A stretch of DNA of 64,000 nt from Rhodosorus marinus CCMP1338 (Eukaryota > Plantae > Rhodophyta): contig JAMWBK010000005.1 of the NCBI GenBank assembly GCA_029953675.1, positions 496,001 through 560,000 on the forward strand. The letters are read 5' to 3'. The position numbers and the translations under genes are program-made. Of the stretch, positions 37,055 to 50,455 are shown in pieces. Positions within the stretch are counted from its first letter, which is position 1, and every line of letters starts with the position of its first letter. Under the pieces are notes generated by a model that had not been told where the DNA came from, made no database searches, and saw nothing but the letters and a program-made list of their open reading frames with translations.

Positions 37055-39195
37055 TTGATTCACGAGGTTGCTGTCGTATAGGATCTAATGGAAGGTATCT
37101 GCACGGAGTGGAGGAACGGTCGCAGCGGTTGAAACCTGCACGGGTGGGCGACTGCGAATTTGCGCGTATCACGCGAGTATGCAAAATCCCAATGCAATCC
37201 GAATTCTGTGCAAATCCGGGGCAATGAGAGAGGCCTTCGAAACTGGCGTACTTTTGTTTTTGTGAGAGTAAACGCGTAAGAATTCCTGGGACCTCAGAGT
37301 GTGTCAGTGATAGGGTTTGTCGATCGCTTCGTGTTTGAGGTCCACGGCACGAATCCATGATCCCCACTGCGCATCAAAGTCCAGTGCAGTCCGATCAATC
37401 TACGGCACACCTGCAGACCATGCCAATCTTACTGGCTAAGAGGGCCTCGACGAAGTTTGGTCAACAACGCCGAAATGCCAATCATGAATTATCAACAAAA
37501 ATTATACGTGCGCGATGTGACGTGTACCCATTACTAGCACAAATCAGCATAATGATCGAATCTCCCAACTGTCCGGCTTACCCAACAAGGGACGACCAGG
37601 AAGGCGGCGAAAAGTTAAAACGCGTTAAAACGCAAGTGTAGCTTTTAAGCTTGAATAGACTGAAAATTTGCGCCCGCAGAACACCTGCGGGCGCCACCCG
37701 CATCATCTGCTTGTTCGACATCAATGAAGAACGCTATCCGTGATCCATGAGAACGGAATGACCACGGTATTGAGTACCTGAGCTTGAGACTACCATACTG
37801 CCTACTCGACATAGCCTGCATCGACTCATCACATCACCAGCCCGAAGATTTCCCTGACTAGCCGCAACATCCTTATTCTACGATAGTCCGGCGTTTACAT
37901 CCGCACGCAGAGCAAAAACCCTTTTGTGGGATGTGCATCGGAACTCGAATGCCATCATCCTGGATCGGTCCATACCATTGCAAGCCTGCTATTTGCTCTC
38001 AAAGCATCAAACAAGTACCTGATATGGCTCCGTGGTATTGAATGAGCTCGACAGCGAGAAAAGCCACCACAAACTGTTTCGCAGCTGAATACGAATCGCT
38101 TTATAGTGTGGTTTCCATCTCCCAATGGAGATCACAGTTCAGACTGCATATCCCTGACTTTCAAAAGCTATCATAATCCATCCGCGTACGTTTCCAGAGG
38201 CGTTGAATAGACGGCTTCCGACCAACCGGACAGTAAGCCACGAGAAGCCACCAGCGCAATGCTTGTCAATCTCGGTCCACGAAATCCACCCAGAAACCCG
38301 TTGGAGGTTCTCACAAAACCTAATCGACACAGACACATGTCACACAATAATTCGTAGAACAGCCGCGTCGAGACAACTGCAATAAAATAATTGGTCTAAA
38401 ACCAACTGAAAAATGGAATGAAAGAACCAAAATGAATTGAATTTCTTTTTTTCTCCTGGACGGGACGATGCCTCTTTTGATTCTTGTTGTAGAAAAAAAT
38501 TCCGTTCCCTTCAAAAATAATCGGAAATATATGAAAGTCAATGATATCGATGCATCACCTCTAGAAATAGCCGATCAAAGTAAATAACGATAAAATGTCT
38601 TTGTATCCGATAAAAATCAGTCCAAAAAAGTTAATAAGTTCAAATATATATGGAAATATGCTGTGTGGAGCTAGAAACGAACTGGATACTCTAAATTTGA
38701 GTATATGTGCTAAGTCGAAACTTAAAAGCATTCCACCCCCTTTGTATACTGTCTCAAGAAACAGTCCCACGTGCCCAACCCCTACGCTGATGGCAGCATG
38801 AAAAGGTGTTGTAACCAACCTCAAATCGATCACGAACCAAATATTTCTAATTAAGGAGATTATGTCTTCCTTACCCCCTCGTTGAACCTGCGAGAAATGT
38901 CGTAAAGAATCTATAGTCAAGGCAAGTGCCTACCCCTAAAGCTTCGAACTATGGATTTTTTAAGGCCTGGAAGCATTGACGTTGATAGTTCTAGGATATT
39001 TTTAAGGGTTTTCAGCATGTCATTTTAGTGGGCTAGGGATGCTAATTGGTTTTTGTTAAGTGGGTGGGGGAATGGAGCAAGGGAAATGAAAGGCGAGTAG
39101 GGGAGGACTCTGGTTCGTGCATTTGGGCGGCGAGGAAGGTGAGGATTCTTGTTTCGTTTGTGAAGTTCAAGGCGAAAGGCGATTTTTTATCAGCG

Positions 39196-40350
39196 ATGGA
39201 GGGATTTGTTGGGACTGCGTCGGTCTCGATTGGTTGTGGGCGGCTGTCCGTCTGCGCGAATCGTCGGATTGCGAAGAGGGGATCCTCGAGAAGGATGAAC
39301 GTTCGATGTGAGATGGAGGACCCTGACGGAGAGAGGCTGATGATGTCATCAATGTATGGTGATGCTTCTAAGGTCAAGAGCCTTGTTGATGGCGGTGTGA
39401 ACGTGGACTACGTCAGCACTGGATCGGGGATGACTGCTCTCATGTGGGCAGCAAGTGAAGGCCATGTAGATGTCTCGAAAATACTGATTGATGCTGGGGC
39501 CAACGTGAGTTATGAGCTCTTATTTCGGTAATCTTTAACTTCACTGCATCTGGAAGCTCATCGCATCAGCGGCACTTGCTTTAACTCCTACAGGTAAATG
39601 CTGTTAACCAAGCTGGGTTTACCCCACTGGCATACGCTTTTGATGGAGCACCTCAAGTCCGCCCTCCACCTCCACCTCCCGCTGGCTTTCCCGGTATGCC
39701 GGGAAAAGCAAAGCCACAGCAGATGAAGTTTGCGCAAAGAATCGACTCTGGTCATATGGGGGTCGCAAAGCTGCTGCTCGTCTCGCAGGCAGATCGCAAC
39801 GCAGTCAATCCGACAACAGGTGACTCTCTCCTGCATCTGGCGACGAAAAGGGGCTATCCGAAGATGGTTGAATTGCTACTAGACCTTGGCTTGCCAGTCG
39901 ATGTGAGGAATCCTGGGTACGCGAAAATTCTCGACCCCAAAATAGCCTACACTTCACCTCCATTGCATTCACTCACAGAAAGGGCGAATCGTAAATAGCG
40001 TTGTACATCGTCACTAAGTCCATGACCCAAACGTTCAATTTGCCAGGTACTTGCACACACCGCTGCATGAAGCTGCAATGAGCAACAACCCAGAGATTGT
40101 TACTCTTCTTCTAAGCAGAGGTGCTAGCATAAACGCCCAAAACCGTTTGGGATGGACACCGTTAATCTGGGCCGCCGCCAGAGGGCATTTGAAGGCCGTA
40201 GAGGTACTGTGCAAATCTGGTGCAGACATCAGTATACGGGGAGGATCACAACCTGGAGAGGAATCCACAGATGCCCTCAAGGAGGCGAACAAAGCTCTTG
40301 ACAACCGAAGTGAGATTCTGAGTGTTCTGAGAAAGTACGGTGCTAGATGA
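39196..40350 (+). CDS. Plastid-targeted ankyrin-repeat protein, 3 exons
   Basis: Transit-like MEGFVG...VRC, then TALMWAA, TPLAYA, SLLHLA, TPLHEAA and TPLIWAA ankyrin motifs, with a Pro-rich insert. Confidence 0.9.
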
Positions 40351-41251
40351 GGATCACTGCCCGCTGCTCCTTTTTCGAAGGTGATTCGAATTTTAGAGTG
40401 TATAGACTATTGCATGGAGACAAGAAAACCGCGTTCATAAACTGTGATCCCTCCTCGTGATGCGGAAATCTTTTCTTATTTGCGATCAGAAACTGATGCA
40501 CAAGGACACAGATAATGACAACAATCTCGAAATAGGATCAAGAGTTTTCGAGATGGACGATCTTCGAGAGGCTACGGTTGGGTAAAACCTCCTTCCAAGC
40601 ATAGTCAGCTCAGCAGTAGCCCAGATATGCTTACTGCGAATGCTTTGCACCGTGAAACGGTATTGTAAAAGTCCCTCAAACCGATAGAACAATACGCCTG
40701 TATACGGAGTCCTACTCAAAATGTCGCAAGCGAGCTTGTTTCCATTCGGTTCCAAGTCCATGCGCTCTTTTTCACCGTCGTTCGATGACGTTCAGCGTGT
40801 TGACCCACTGCTGTAACCCGGAGTTGCTCTCGCGCAGAGCAGTTTGGATCTCAACCTGGTTTCCAGAAACTCAGCTTCAGATGGAAGCGGGATTACTAAA
40901 GAAACCCCCAGAGTACCGCAGGACACTCCGAGAGTATCTCGGAATCCACCATACGCCCGACAAAAAGGGAAATGTCGGCAACTCCCGACATTTCGATCTC
41001 TACTTCTCTCGTCTTCTCCGCTGATCAAGCCATGGCAATGGCGACTTGGGCTCTGCAGTGTCCATGTACTTGTTAAAAGTATTCGTCTAGAAATTTTCTC
41101 ATCCCGAGCAGCTTTGTTTGTTTTAAGGCCTATTGCAGAATAGCGTAGCGACTGCCCGACTGCCTGCACCGACCGGATCATTCCATATGTAGGCGTTTTC
41201 CTTTCTCTGGAAGAAGTTTGAGGGATTGGTTTGTCGGCGTTCAAGCATTAA

Positions 41252-42764
41252 ATGAGGATGGCTGTTCTAGGATGGGTTCAGAGCGTTCCAAGCTTTCAAG
41301 CGGGAGCAAAAAAACGGAGTTGCTCTCGACATGGAGCTCGTCTGAGATGTTCGATCGAAAGCCTTCATGTTCCGGTGTTGATCGATGAGGTTCTGGAGCT
41401 TTATCAAGGACGGCGGTTTGAGGTATCCCAATCGTCCGATCCTATTTTTCAGTTGTTTTGCACTATGCAATGTTCTAATAGCCTCACCGCGTGATACGTT
41501 GTGAATGTCAAGGTTTTTGTCGATGGTACCATCGGAGCTGGTGGCCATGCGTCGAAGCTGTTGAGTTCATGTGACATTGACTTGTATATAGGACTGGACC
41601 AGGATGAAACTGCTTTGGCCATTGCCAGTGAACGACTTTCAAAGGTAGCGGCAATTCTTCCACAAGCTCGACAAAGTCACAATGGAGTTGTTAACCCTCT
41701 TCCGAGACTTTCGCTTTCCTCAGTATGGAGATAAGGTCAAGCTCGTTCAGTCTAACTTCAGAGATCTTGAGAGGGTGCTGAGCCAGTTTACAGTTGCACA
41801 AGGCGAAGTGGATGGAATTCTTCTTGACATCGGAGTTTCTTCGATGCAGATCGACACCGCTGAGAGGGGTATGCCTGGAACATTCTAAATCCTGGTTTTT
41901 GTCTTGTTCCTCCCTCGGGTCAAACGAGCTTGGGCCACTGAACCAAGCTCTTGGAACTTTCTCTACGCGATAAAGGCTTTAGCTTCATATCCAATGGTCC
42001 ATTGGATATGAGGATGAATAGGAAAAACGGGCTCAGTGCAGGCGATGTCGTTAACAGTTTTGCAGTCGAGGAGCTGACGCGAATCTTCCAAGAGTACGGC
42101 GAAGACCCTCAATCCAGAAGAATGGCTAGATCGGTGAGCGCCGCATAATTCTCTCGTCAAAACCATGGATGTGAAGTGCTGATCCGGCGGCATGACAGGT
42201 TGCTGCCTTCAGAGAAACCAAGCAAATATTGACAACATTTGAACTTACGGAGGCCCTTCTCGGTGCGAAGTGGGCAAACGGGAACAGGTACCACCGTCTT
42301 TCATATTTCGACGGCTTCGAGAGGAGCACGCTGAACTACCTGATCCCAAGAACACCACTGTTTCACTCTTGTGGAACACGTACGCGTTTAGACCCAGAGG
42401 CTACCCTTTCAAGAATCATCCGGCCACTCGTGTGTTCCAAGCTCTTCGCATTTTCGTCAATCGCGAACTTGAAGTCTTGGAGGACTCTCTGCCGTCTGCG
42501 ATCAAGCTCTTGCGTCCCGGGTTTGGACGTCTCGGTGTCATTACGTTCCATTCCCTGGAAGACCGAATTGTGAAAATAGCATTCCGAGAGTCTGCGAAGG
42601 CAATAGGGGGAGTGACGCACCTTACTCGGAAACCGATCGTACCTACCAAAGAGGAATGCGTGTCAAATCCACGCAGTAGAAGTGCAAAGTTGAGAGCTGT
42701 GGAGCGCCTGCTAGAAGACGAAGAGCCGACCGGACGTAGAAACAAGTACAAAAAGGACAGATGA
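41252..42764 (+). CDS. rsmH: Organellar (probably plastid) 16S rRNA m4C methyltransferase RsmH/MraW
   Basis: [61 protein letters not shown] and [10 protein letters not shown]. Confidence 0.95.
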
Positions 42765-45032
42765 CGGCGGCACTAAACAGGTGGAGAACGACCCTATAGC
42801 CTTTTGAAGGCAGTGAATCTGTTGCAGGGTCTGGTTGTTGGTGGTCCAAGTCCTTGTCCTCCAGGACCTATGTTTAAGTTCAATCTTCGAGCGTATGTGA
42901 AGCCCGAGGCCTTTCGGCAATGTGTGCTTGCCCCGCGTTGCTGAAGCATGAAACAGGAGCAGCTTGCGAGGATAACACCCAAAAGACAGGCTGCACCTCT
43001 GTGAGCACCTGCCAGCAGCACTTGGGAAGGGTGAAGGAAGCTTCTTTCAAGCAGCGACTTAAGGCATTTGTAGCAATATCCATGCTATCAAGCTGAACTA
43101 GGCAAAAACCAAGCCAGACGATGGGAATGCGTTTATTTCTCCAGAATGCGGTCATGCTCTTCCTCACTGCGACGATCCTCTGTCGATGAGCGCGGATAGC
43201 CCCATCCACCCTGTCGAATCGCTTCGGCTCGTAGAGCTCCCCTCTGCAGTACGTCAACCCACGAAAAAAGCTGAGGATTTATCTTCTAAATATCGGAGCT
43301 GGATAGATCTAGTGAGTATGAAGAAGCTTCCGAAACTTCGCAGCCCTTTCGTAACTCAGATTGCGTTTATGGCATCTTTAAGGTCCCTTGCACTCTGCCC
43401 GCCTCCAGGCCATGTGCTTCCGAACCGCTTCAAAAATAGTACTCTTGTCTACAATAGTACAATAGTACAATAGTACGATTAAAGTACCCCGGAATAAAAT
43501 AAAAGAATTTCATAGCGTGGGCATGTGAGGAGATCATTTGTCGCCAAAAACAATTGAAAAATATGCCCCGTTCTCCTACACCGACCGAATGCGGAAAACT
43601 CAAAGAATATTCAGCTCAATGATCCGCTCATGTAATTGTTTTTATTAAACAATCCCCAAATTGCGGCATTGAATATTCGTAAATTGTTCGGAGTCCGTTA
43701 AAAACGTTTTCAGCGGAATCAAAACAAAAAAGGTACTATTTTACTTGAAAATACGTGAAGATCCGTAATTCTGTCAACGTGATAGCAAAAACCTTTTTTC
43801 GTGCCGACAGCAAACACTATCAGCACTAGCGGGGGTGAAAGCAGGGGGGGGGTACGACAAGTGAAGATCACCATTTCCGTCAAATTAACTAATGAAATTC
43901 ATTAATTTGGATTCTTCTAGTGATCTAGTGTTGTTCTAGTTAGCCCCTCAGTTTTTGACAAAAGCGAACTTCGTTTTCTTTCGCCCAAGAAAACAGAAAT
44001 TAACAATGTCTGTATCCTTTTCAACTGCACTGGCACAAAACACAACCCCCCACACCAAAGAAAAATAACACGAAACCCATTCAAAAGCGTTGAATAAATT
44101 AATAAAACATAAATAACGGTGACAACCAAACCTAACGCGCTATCCCCCCAAAAATTTCGTTCCCTCCTCCCCCCAACGTAGTGAACTTATTTCAAATCTA
44201 TACTTGCTAAAATCAATCCACCAATCACGTTCAATAATTCTAATGGATACGAAATAAACGTTGACTTGTCTAATAAACGAGATTTATATTGAATAACATA
44301 AATCTAAGCTATATATAGATTGTATTTTTGGATATGATATACATATATTTTGAGTTGATATGGTCGAAGCTGAAGGTATTGCTCTTGCGGACTATATTGC
44401 GGTTGGTGGTGTTCACGCTCTTCTCCGTGCTTGGTAGTTTCAGTTGTGCTCGCGATGGGATAGGTTGTAATAGAGGGACGGAGACCTTTGGTCACCAATT
44501 TGAAAAGGCCAGACTGTTTGTGTTGTATCTTTTTGCTTTTCTGTTCTCAGTTGGTTTACTGAGGGTGCTCTTTGGGTTTTGCTTGTGGTTTGGAGTGGTT
44601 GCGGGAGTGACATGTCTTGGGGAGCTGTAGTTTTGACTGTGTAGAAAGGTCGATAGGAAGCGGATTGGTGTTGTTGTGGTGTTGTTGTTAACTTTTTGTT
44701 TTGGTTGTTTTGGGCGTTGAAGGACTATTATGGGATAGAACTCTTTCTTCTTTAACGTGGGCTTGAGGAGGGCGAAAATCCTCCGGGTTTAAGAAATAGA
44801 CTGGTTTTCGGACGAGGTCTGGGTGCTGGGACGAGAGTTCGCATCGGTTGGATGGTGGTTTTGAGGCCGGCTTGTCTGGACTGATGGGATAGCTTGGATC
44901 GCAGTGGTGTGTAGATTAGCTAGGATTGGGGTAGTGGAGGGGTGGTTTGATTGAGATTAGGGTAGAACTGTCTGGACCAGTCTGTCCAGACTGACGGATC
45001 GACGATCTGGAGGCGGCGGAGGAGGACGCTAG

Positions 45033-46615
45033 CCAGGGGAGTATCAGCTCTGAGCAGGCCACTCCTGAATCGGAGAGTCTTCGCGTCCAGGCGGATGACT
45101 GGGAAAAACCAGCTGAAAATGCGGCCAAGCTTTTCATTGGTCAACTCCCGAGGCATCTTGACGAAGGCGATTTGCGCCGGCTCATGGAGAGTTTTGGCGA
45201 GATCGTCGATCTGATCGTCTTAAGATGCAAGCAGTCGCAAAAAGGGAAAGGATGTGGGTTCTGTACATTTGCAAGCAGAGAGTCTGCATTGAAAGCTATA
45301 GACGAACTCCACGGCAAGCATATTTTCGCCGAAATGAAAAACCCGCTGCAAGTCAAATTCGCTCATGCAGAGTCTTCATCACAGCAGCAGAACACGAAAC
45401 TCTTCGTGGGACAGCTTCCCAAGTCCGTCGACGAAGGCGCCCTATCGGCTGCTTTTGAAGAACATGGAACGATTGTCGAATGCCAGGTGAGAATCAGATC
45501 AAAACGGAAGAGTTTCCATGAAACTGAGGATGACGTTGAAGCAGGAATTCCTGACCCGCTGATACCTCGATCGGTTCTCAGATACTTCGACGTGGAAAGG
45601 ACAGTAGAGGCTGTGGTTTCGTGCGCCTGGACGGCAGAAACGAGGCAGAGGCAGCGGTGGAAGGGCTCAATGGGGCGTTCGTGTTCAACGGCCAGAATTC
45701 TCCTCTCAATGTCAGGTAAGGACTGCGCGGGCAGCCGTAATGTAGACTTTTAGTAACTGAAGGGCTCTTTTTCTCAACTGCGTAGGTTCGCTGCGAATTC
45801 TAGAGAAAAACAGCAAAGGCGGCATGCAAAGAGAAAGGAAAAGGGAATTCGCTCTCAGATTGCCAACATGCCGGTGATGACCCCATATCAAGGAAGTGCC
45901 CCGTACTCTCAAGAAATGGCAATGACCTATCCTTACATACAGATGACAGCGATGGATCAAATGCATAATATGCAAATGCTACAGTATGTTGGAATGAGGC
46001 ATCTTCCACCAGCCATGGGTATGGGTATGTAAATTCGACCTCAGAAACCAATGTTTCGGGTGGCTCCTGGAAACGAAACTTGCAAGTTGCGCCGCTAAAA
46101 AAGCCCGATAAGAACTGTTTTGTTTGAACCCCCATCAGGTTCGTCTGTAATACCAGATTCCGGGCGCCCACGAAGGGGTCCGCCGAATAGCAATTTGTTC
46201 ATCTTTAACATTCCACCGGATTGGAATGATCAGATACTAGCCGAAGTATTCATGCCTTTCGGCAAAGTTCTATCGAGCAAGGTATATGTCGATATTGAAA
46301 CACGGAAGAGTAAAGGTTTTGGTGAGTGCGGTAACCAAGAACAGGGTGTATAGGAGGATCAATAGTCGGGAAGCTTAACCTTGACCTGATCCGCTGCCTG
46401 CTATTGCAGGGTTTGTGAGCTATGACTCACCGCAAGCTGCTGAATTCGCGATTAAGACTATGAACGACTACAGCCTTCCGGGCGGGAAGCTTCTGAAGGT
46501 GTCCCTGAAGCACGACACGCATGGTTCAAGCGCATCTTCCTCGCATCAGTCCACGGAGGCGACTGCCACTTTGGGCGATGGAGATGCTCCTTCAGAGTCC
46601 AACTTGCACCAATAA
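45033..46615 (+). CDS. CELF/Bruno-like protein with three RRMs (5' end uncertain)
   Basis: RRM1 KLFIGQLP...KGCGFCTF, RRM2 KLFVGQLP...RGCGFV, and a C-terminal RRM3 GPPNSNLFIFNIP...PFGKVLSSKVYVD...SKGFG|FVSYD. The start exon was not resolved. Confidence 0.85.
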
Positions 46616-46948
46616 CTAAGTACGAGCACGCACTGGGGTGCTTTCACACCATCGAAGCTTACGGACACGAGAAAAAAAGCTACAACGAAAGACTTGAGTA
46701 TTTAATATGAATAAATAACAAGTAATAGAAGCACGTATCGGCGCACCATCGCCCAAGGACGTCGTCCATCTCCGCTCTGCAACCTCCTCCTTCAAAATCG
46801 TCCTCATTCTCCATTCCCAAAGGAATAACCGCAGGACCGACCTTGTCAACACACATTAGCAAAATGGAGATCAGACCCCGACGGTGACTCCATATCGTCT
46901 CCTAGAGGGCTGATCGCTTCTTTCTGACCAGCGACCCTGGTTAGCTGG

Positions 46949-47090
46949 CTCACGAATGTTGGGACAGGACCTGAACTTGCTGAACCAGGTCTTGAGACGC
47001 GGACGGGAATCGAAAAGCAGAGCTGGAAAATCTTCCCGTAACTGTTGGAGATCATAGATGGTCACATGCGTCCCAACTCACTGAACCACC
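46949..47090 (-). pseudogene. Possible glutathione S-transferase C-terminal fragment
   Basis: GGSVSW-(frameshift)-VTIYDLQQLREDFPALLFDSRPRLKTWFSKFRSCPNIRE resembles the GST C-terminal helices. No N-terminal thioredoxin-fold domain was found. Confidence 0.4.
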
Positions 47091-47706
47091 CCTGCTTCCA
47101 AAGCGCCGTGTCCCACTTCCAGGCACAACGAAGTCCCAATTTCAACTGGGTGATTTAAGCTGAAAAACACTTGCAAATAAAAGCCGCAAATTATCTGATT
47201 TCAACAAAAGAAACCGACACAAATTAAAATTATTTTACATAAGTATAGAAGAAAAATACTTCAGTCAAAGAAAAGCCAATTAAGTATATTATTATATCTA
47301 TCAATCAAAAATTATCCAATGATATGTTGTTAATTTCGAAATTTTCAAAGTAAAAACCAAATGTATTAAAGATAAAAATAAACTAAGTAGGACTCTAGCA
47401 TCTTAACGGTATTTTATTAGTATAATTTTGACTTCGGTTCACTGAGATTTTGAACTGTTTTGCTTTGATGAAAAAAGAGAGGAATCGAATTTTCGGGCGT
47501 TTTGAAGAAGCGGAAGTTTCTTGTGGTCGTTTCGATGGTTTGGGAAGAATTCTATGCTTACCAAGAGGGTATTCGAAGGAACACAAATTGGGCTTGGAGA
47601 GGACAAGCTTGAAGGTAGACGCTTGTGTTATCAACTGTACTGTTCTGTTTGACTCGTCTATGATTTCTGATCCGGGAGGAAAGAAGAATTTAGGAACAAG
47701 ATTAGA

Positions 47707-48084
47707 ATGGGAGACTTCAAGGCGATCTCTGAGAAGATGAGTCCCGTCTTGGGAGGCAGTTCGGATCAGTTGTCGAAGCTGCCAAATCCTGTGGTTTTTT
47801 ATTTGGGGGAGTTAACGATCCTGTTATTGGTATATATGATCGTACCTGGTATATTTGAGGTGACGTACGTAAGGTTGTTCTTCCTGGTACTCCTCCCCGC
47901 AACGACGTTGTTGTACCTCCTCTGGTCAATGAACGAAGTCAACCGGCGGACAAGCGGGTTAGTGGAGTTACAGAGACGAGAAAAGGAAAAACTGAAGAAA
48001 GAGGCCGAGCTTGATAAGAGTATACTCGAGATAACCAAGCTTCGCAGCGACTTGGAGGAGGCGCTTGCGGATCTCAAGAAGTAA
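47707..48084 (+). CDS. Hypothetical 125-aa protein with two TM segments and a C-terminal coiled coil
   Basis: Clean ATG-to-stop ORF with two hydrophobic stretches and an E/K/L heptad tail, located just downstream of an AT island. Confidence 0.7.
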   Translation: MGDFKAISEKMSPVLGGSSDQLSKLPNPVVFYLGELTILLLVYMIVPGIFEVTYVRLFFLVLLPATTLLYLLWSMNEVNRRTSGLVELQRREKEKLKKEAELDKSILEITKLRSDLEEALADLKK

Positions 48085-48356
48085 AAACCTAAACCATTGA
48101 CGGGAAAAAGCTTCCCAAATGCTGAGCCCAAGATTGCTTCAGGAGGAATAGGGATTTGTACTTTCATAGCGACGTATCTATTTACTCTTTACCAGCCCGG
48201 CCGGTGGTTATTTTATATAACCGCTTGAAATAGGTACACATAGGATTATTAAAGAAAACGTTCAATTTGCATAGGCGGTGATCAGTGCCTGAAGCAGGAA
48301 AGATAGTGCGATAGGTCTGGACAAGGGGGTAACCCGGGTGACGTGTCTGACCTTTG

Positions 48357-49371
48357 ATGAAGAGGAAGGGTGGTAGTCTTTACTTACCTGGAGACTCCTC
48401 CGATGAAGATGCCTCTGTATCGAAAGCCAAAGCTTGCGATGAATCTGGCGATTCTCGGGACTCCGGAGAGCTGGATTACATGGACCAGAAGTTCTGTCTT
48501 CCGTTTGAGGAGTAAGCAGCGAGATTTGGAAAGAGTGTGCATACTTGGTGTTTGCTGATCTATGATCTTGTGAACTCCTCGGTGATTACAGAACGTCCTC
48601 ATCACACCCGAGATCGGACGGGGGCCTCGGGGTCAAGCGCAAGAAGAAGAGCACCGAGTGCGTTGAAGACAAAGAGACTCCGAAGCCTCCCACAGTGGAA
48701 AAGAACAATGTTGGATTCCAGCTCTTGACGAGAATGGGATACACCGAGGGCAAAGGTCTCGGAAAGAATCTTGATGGCCTACCGTCGGCAATCGTTCCGG
48801 AGGTTAAGAAACATCGCGGAGGTGTAGGATTGGAAAAAGCAACGAAGGAGAAGGTATGGTTCTGAACTCTTCCAAGATGAAGCTGATGATTTCACCGCGT
48901 TCGAGATCAATACTTTCTCTGGTTGTGTGGGCAGCAATCTAAATTTCATACTGCTCGGTCGCGCAAATCCGAAATTCAATCTAGGCTGAAACTTTGGTTC
49001 AAAGAACGAAGCTTGAAGAAGAAAAAATGGAGAAGAGTTTCAAAAAACGGACTCAGGACATCTTTGATACAAAGCAGAACTTCACCGACCTTTCCAACCT
49101 CGCCAATGCGGTGCTGCAGCTTGACGAGCGGAAAGGGCTAAAGCCGTGTTCGGAAATTGACCTTATCTATCACTTGCAAATCGAAACGGAAGAAATGGGA
49201 AATGAACTCTTGGAGCTCAAAGATGATGCAGAATGGATTCAGACAACACTGCACGAACTTAACACGTACGCCAGGACTGAACATCACTACTGCAACTTCT
49301 GTGGAATTACATACGAGTCTAGTGATGCAATCAACAGAGACTGCCCGGGCGAATACCGAGAAGATCATTGA
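48357..49371 (+). CDS. GPATCH11: G-patch domain protein 11 (CCDC75-like), multi-exon
   Basis: LDYMDQKF, G-patch GFQLLTRMGYTEGKGLGK, and a C-terminal HHYCNFCGITYES...CPGEYREDH (DUF4187-like). Confidence 0.88.
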
Positions 49372-49616
49372 CAGGTGGGTACCATAAGAGAATCAAGACA
49401 TTGGCCGGCGGCGAGTGAGGACGGAGCTGAATTTCTTCGAACGAAACGGGCTGGAAGGAAGGCCTTCGTATGCCCCAGTTTTATCGCGGATGTCAAGACT
49501 CGATCCGAGAGGCCAAGGCGTTATTTACATCAACTAACATGGATGCAAATGGTGGAGACGGAACTCATAGACTGCTGAGCCGAGTTGTGATCCAATACGA
49601 GCTTTGCAAACGAGAC

Positions 49617-49968
49617 CTATCGCGTTGAAGAGCCAAGTTCGTAATTCGCGACAGAGCTAGTGCGCGCATCTGTGACCACTGGTTCGATTCGCTGATTGAT
49701 CCATCCTGTTGCCAGTTCACGAGTGACAAGTGTAGAAGGACCAATGTCAATGGCTACCTGCCCACCATCACAACTTTCCGATCGAGCGTGGAGAACAAAC
49801 CCACTCCGGTCAACGGACCTCCTGCAAGGTTCGGTGAGCTGTGTTAATATATACATACAGACATCCAGCGTCTTTGAGATGGAGATTCTGTATTGGGCTC
49901 TCGGAAGCGATTCTGAAAACTCTGGTCTGCCCTCCGACGGCCTTATCTGTCTTCTTCGCGGCCCACAT
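49617..49968 (-). CDS. Possible hypothetical protein of about 104 aa, 2 exons
   Basis: ATG at 49968 follows an AT island and G/T-rich leader. A phase-compatible 37-nt GTATGT...TGCAG intron joins two ORF pieces. No domain was recognised. Confidence 0.25.
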
Positions 49969-50455
49969 CACATCCCTTCCTAAAGCCAAAGAAAAAGCCA
50001 CATAAACAAAAACTAAAATAAAACCATAAAACCATCCTCTATCTATTTTCTTCCAAAATACAAATTGTTTTATTTGTCCTCTTCACTAATTCAATAAAAA
50101 ATAAAATAATTTTTCCGCAACCTCGAGGTAAATGGTAAAATAGTAATTCCACTCCATGGAAAAATATATATAATAATAGTACGTTTTTCGTAGGATGTGT
50201 ACTAACGTTATAAGATAAACGAATTTTTGCCCATCCACGGCCTTCAGAGGGAAGCGGGTTTCGGAAACGAAGGAGAGGCGCGGAAGAAGACGATCCGGCT
50301 TCTGTAACACGTGTGATGGCTCGTAACTCGTAATTTATCTTCTTGATAAGAGAATCGCTCCTCTAAGTTTGTATCTTTTCCATCGATCATTGTTGTTTGA
50401 TCGGTGCTTGTTTATTGACGGCAGGTAGGGTGTGACGGGTTTCGATCGGGAAAGC

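Noticed and set aside
40969-40994. 10-bp hairpin GAAATGTCGG-CAACTC-CCGACATTTC
   Set aside because: A stem this short is expected by chance in 64 kb.
40486-41244. Minus-strand ORFs between the ankyrin and RsmH genes
   Set aside because: No motifs are present, and the longer ORF would start 8 bp from the RsmH ATG with no room for a promoter.
42794-43473. Overlapping ORFs downstream of RsmH and an (ACAATAGT)x3 micro-repeat
   Set aside because: No consistent spliced model or domain was found, and the repeat is trivial slippage.
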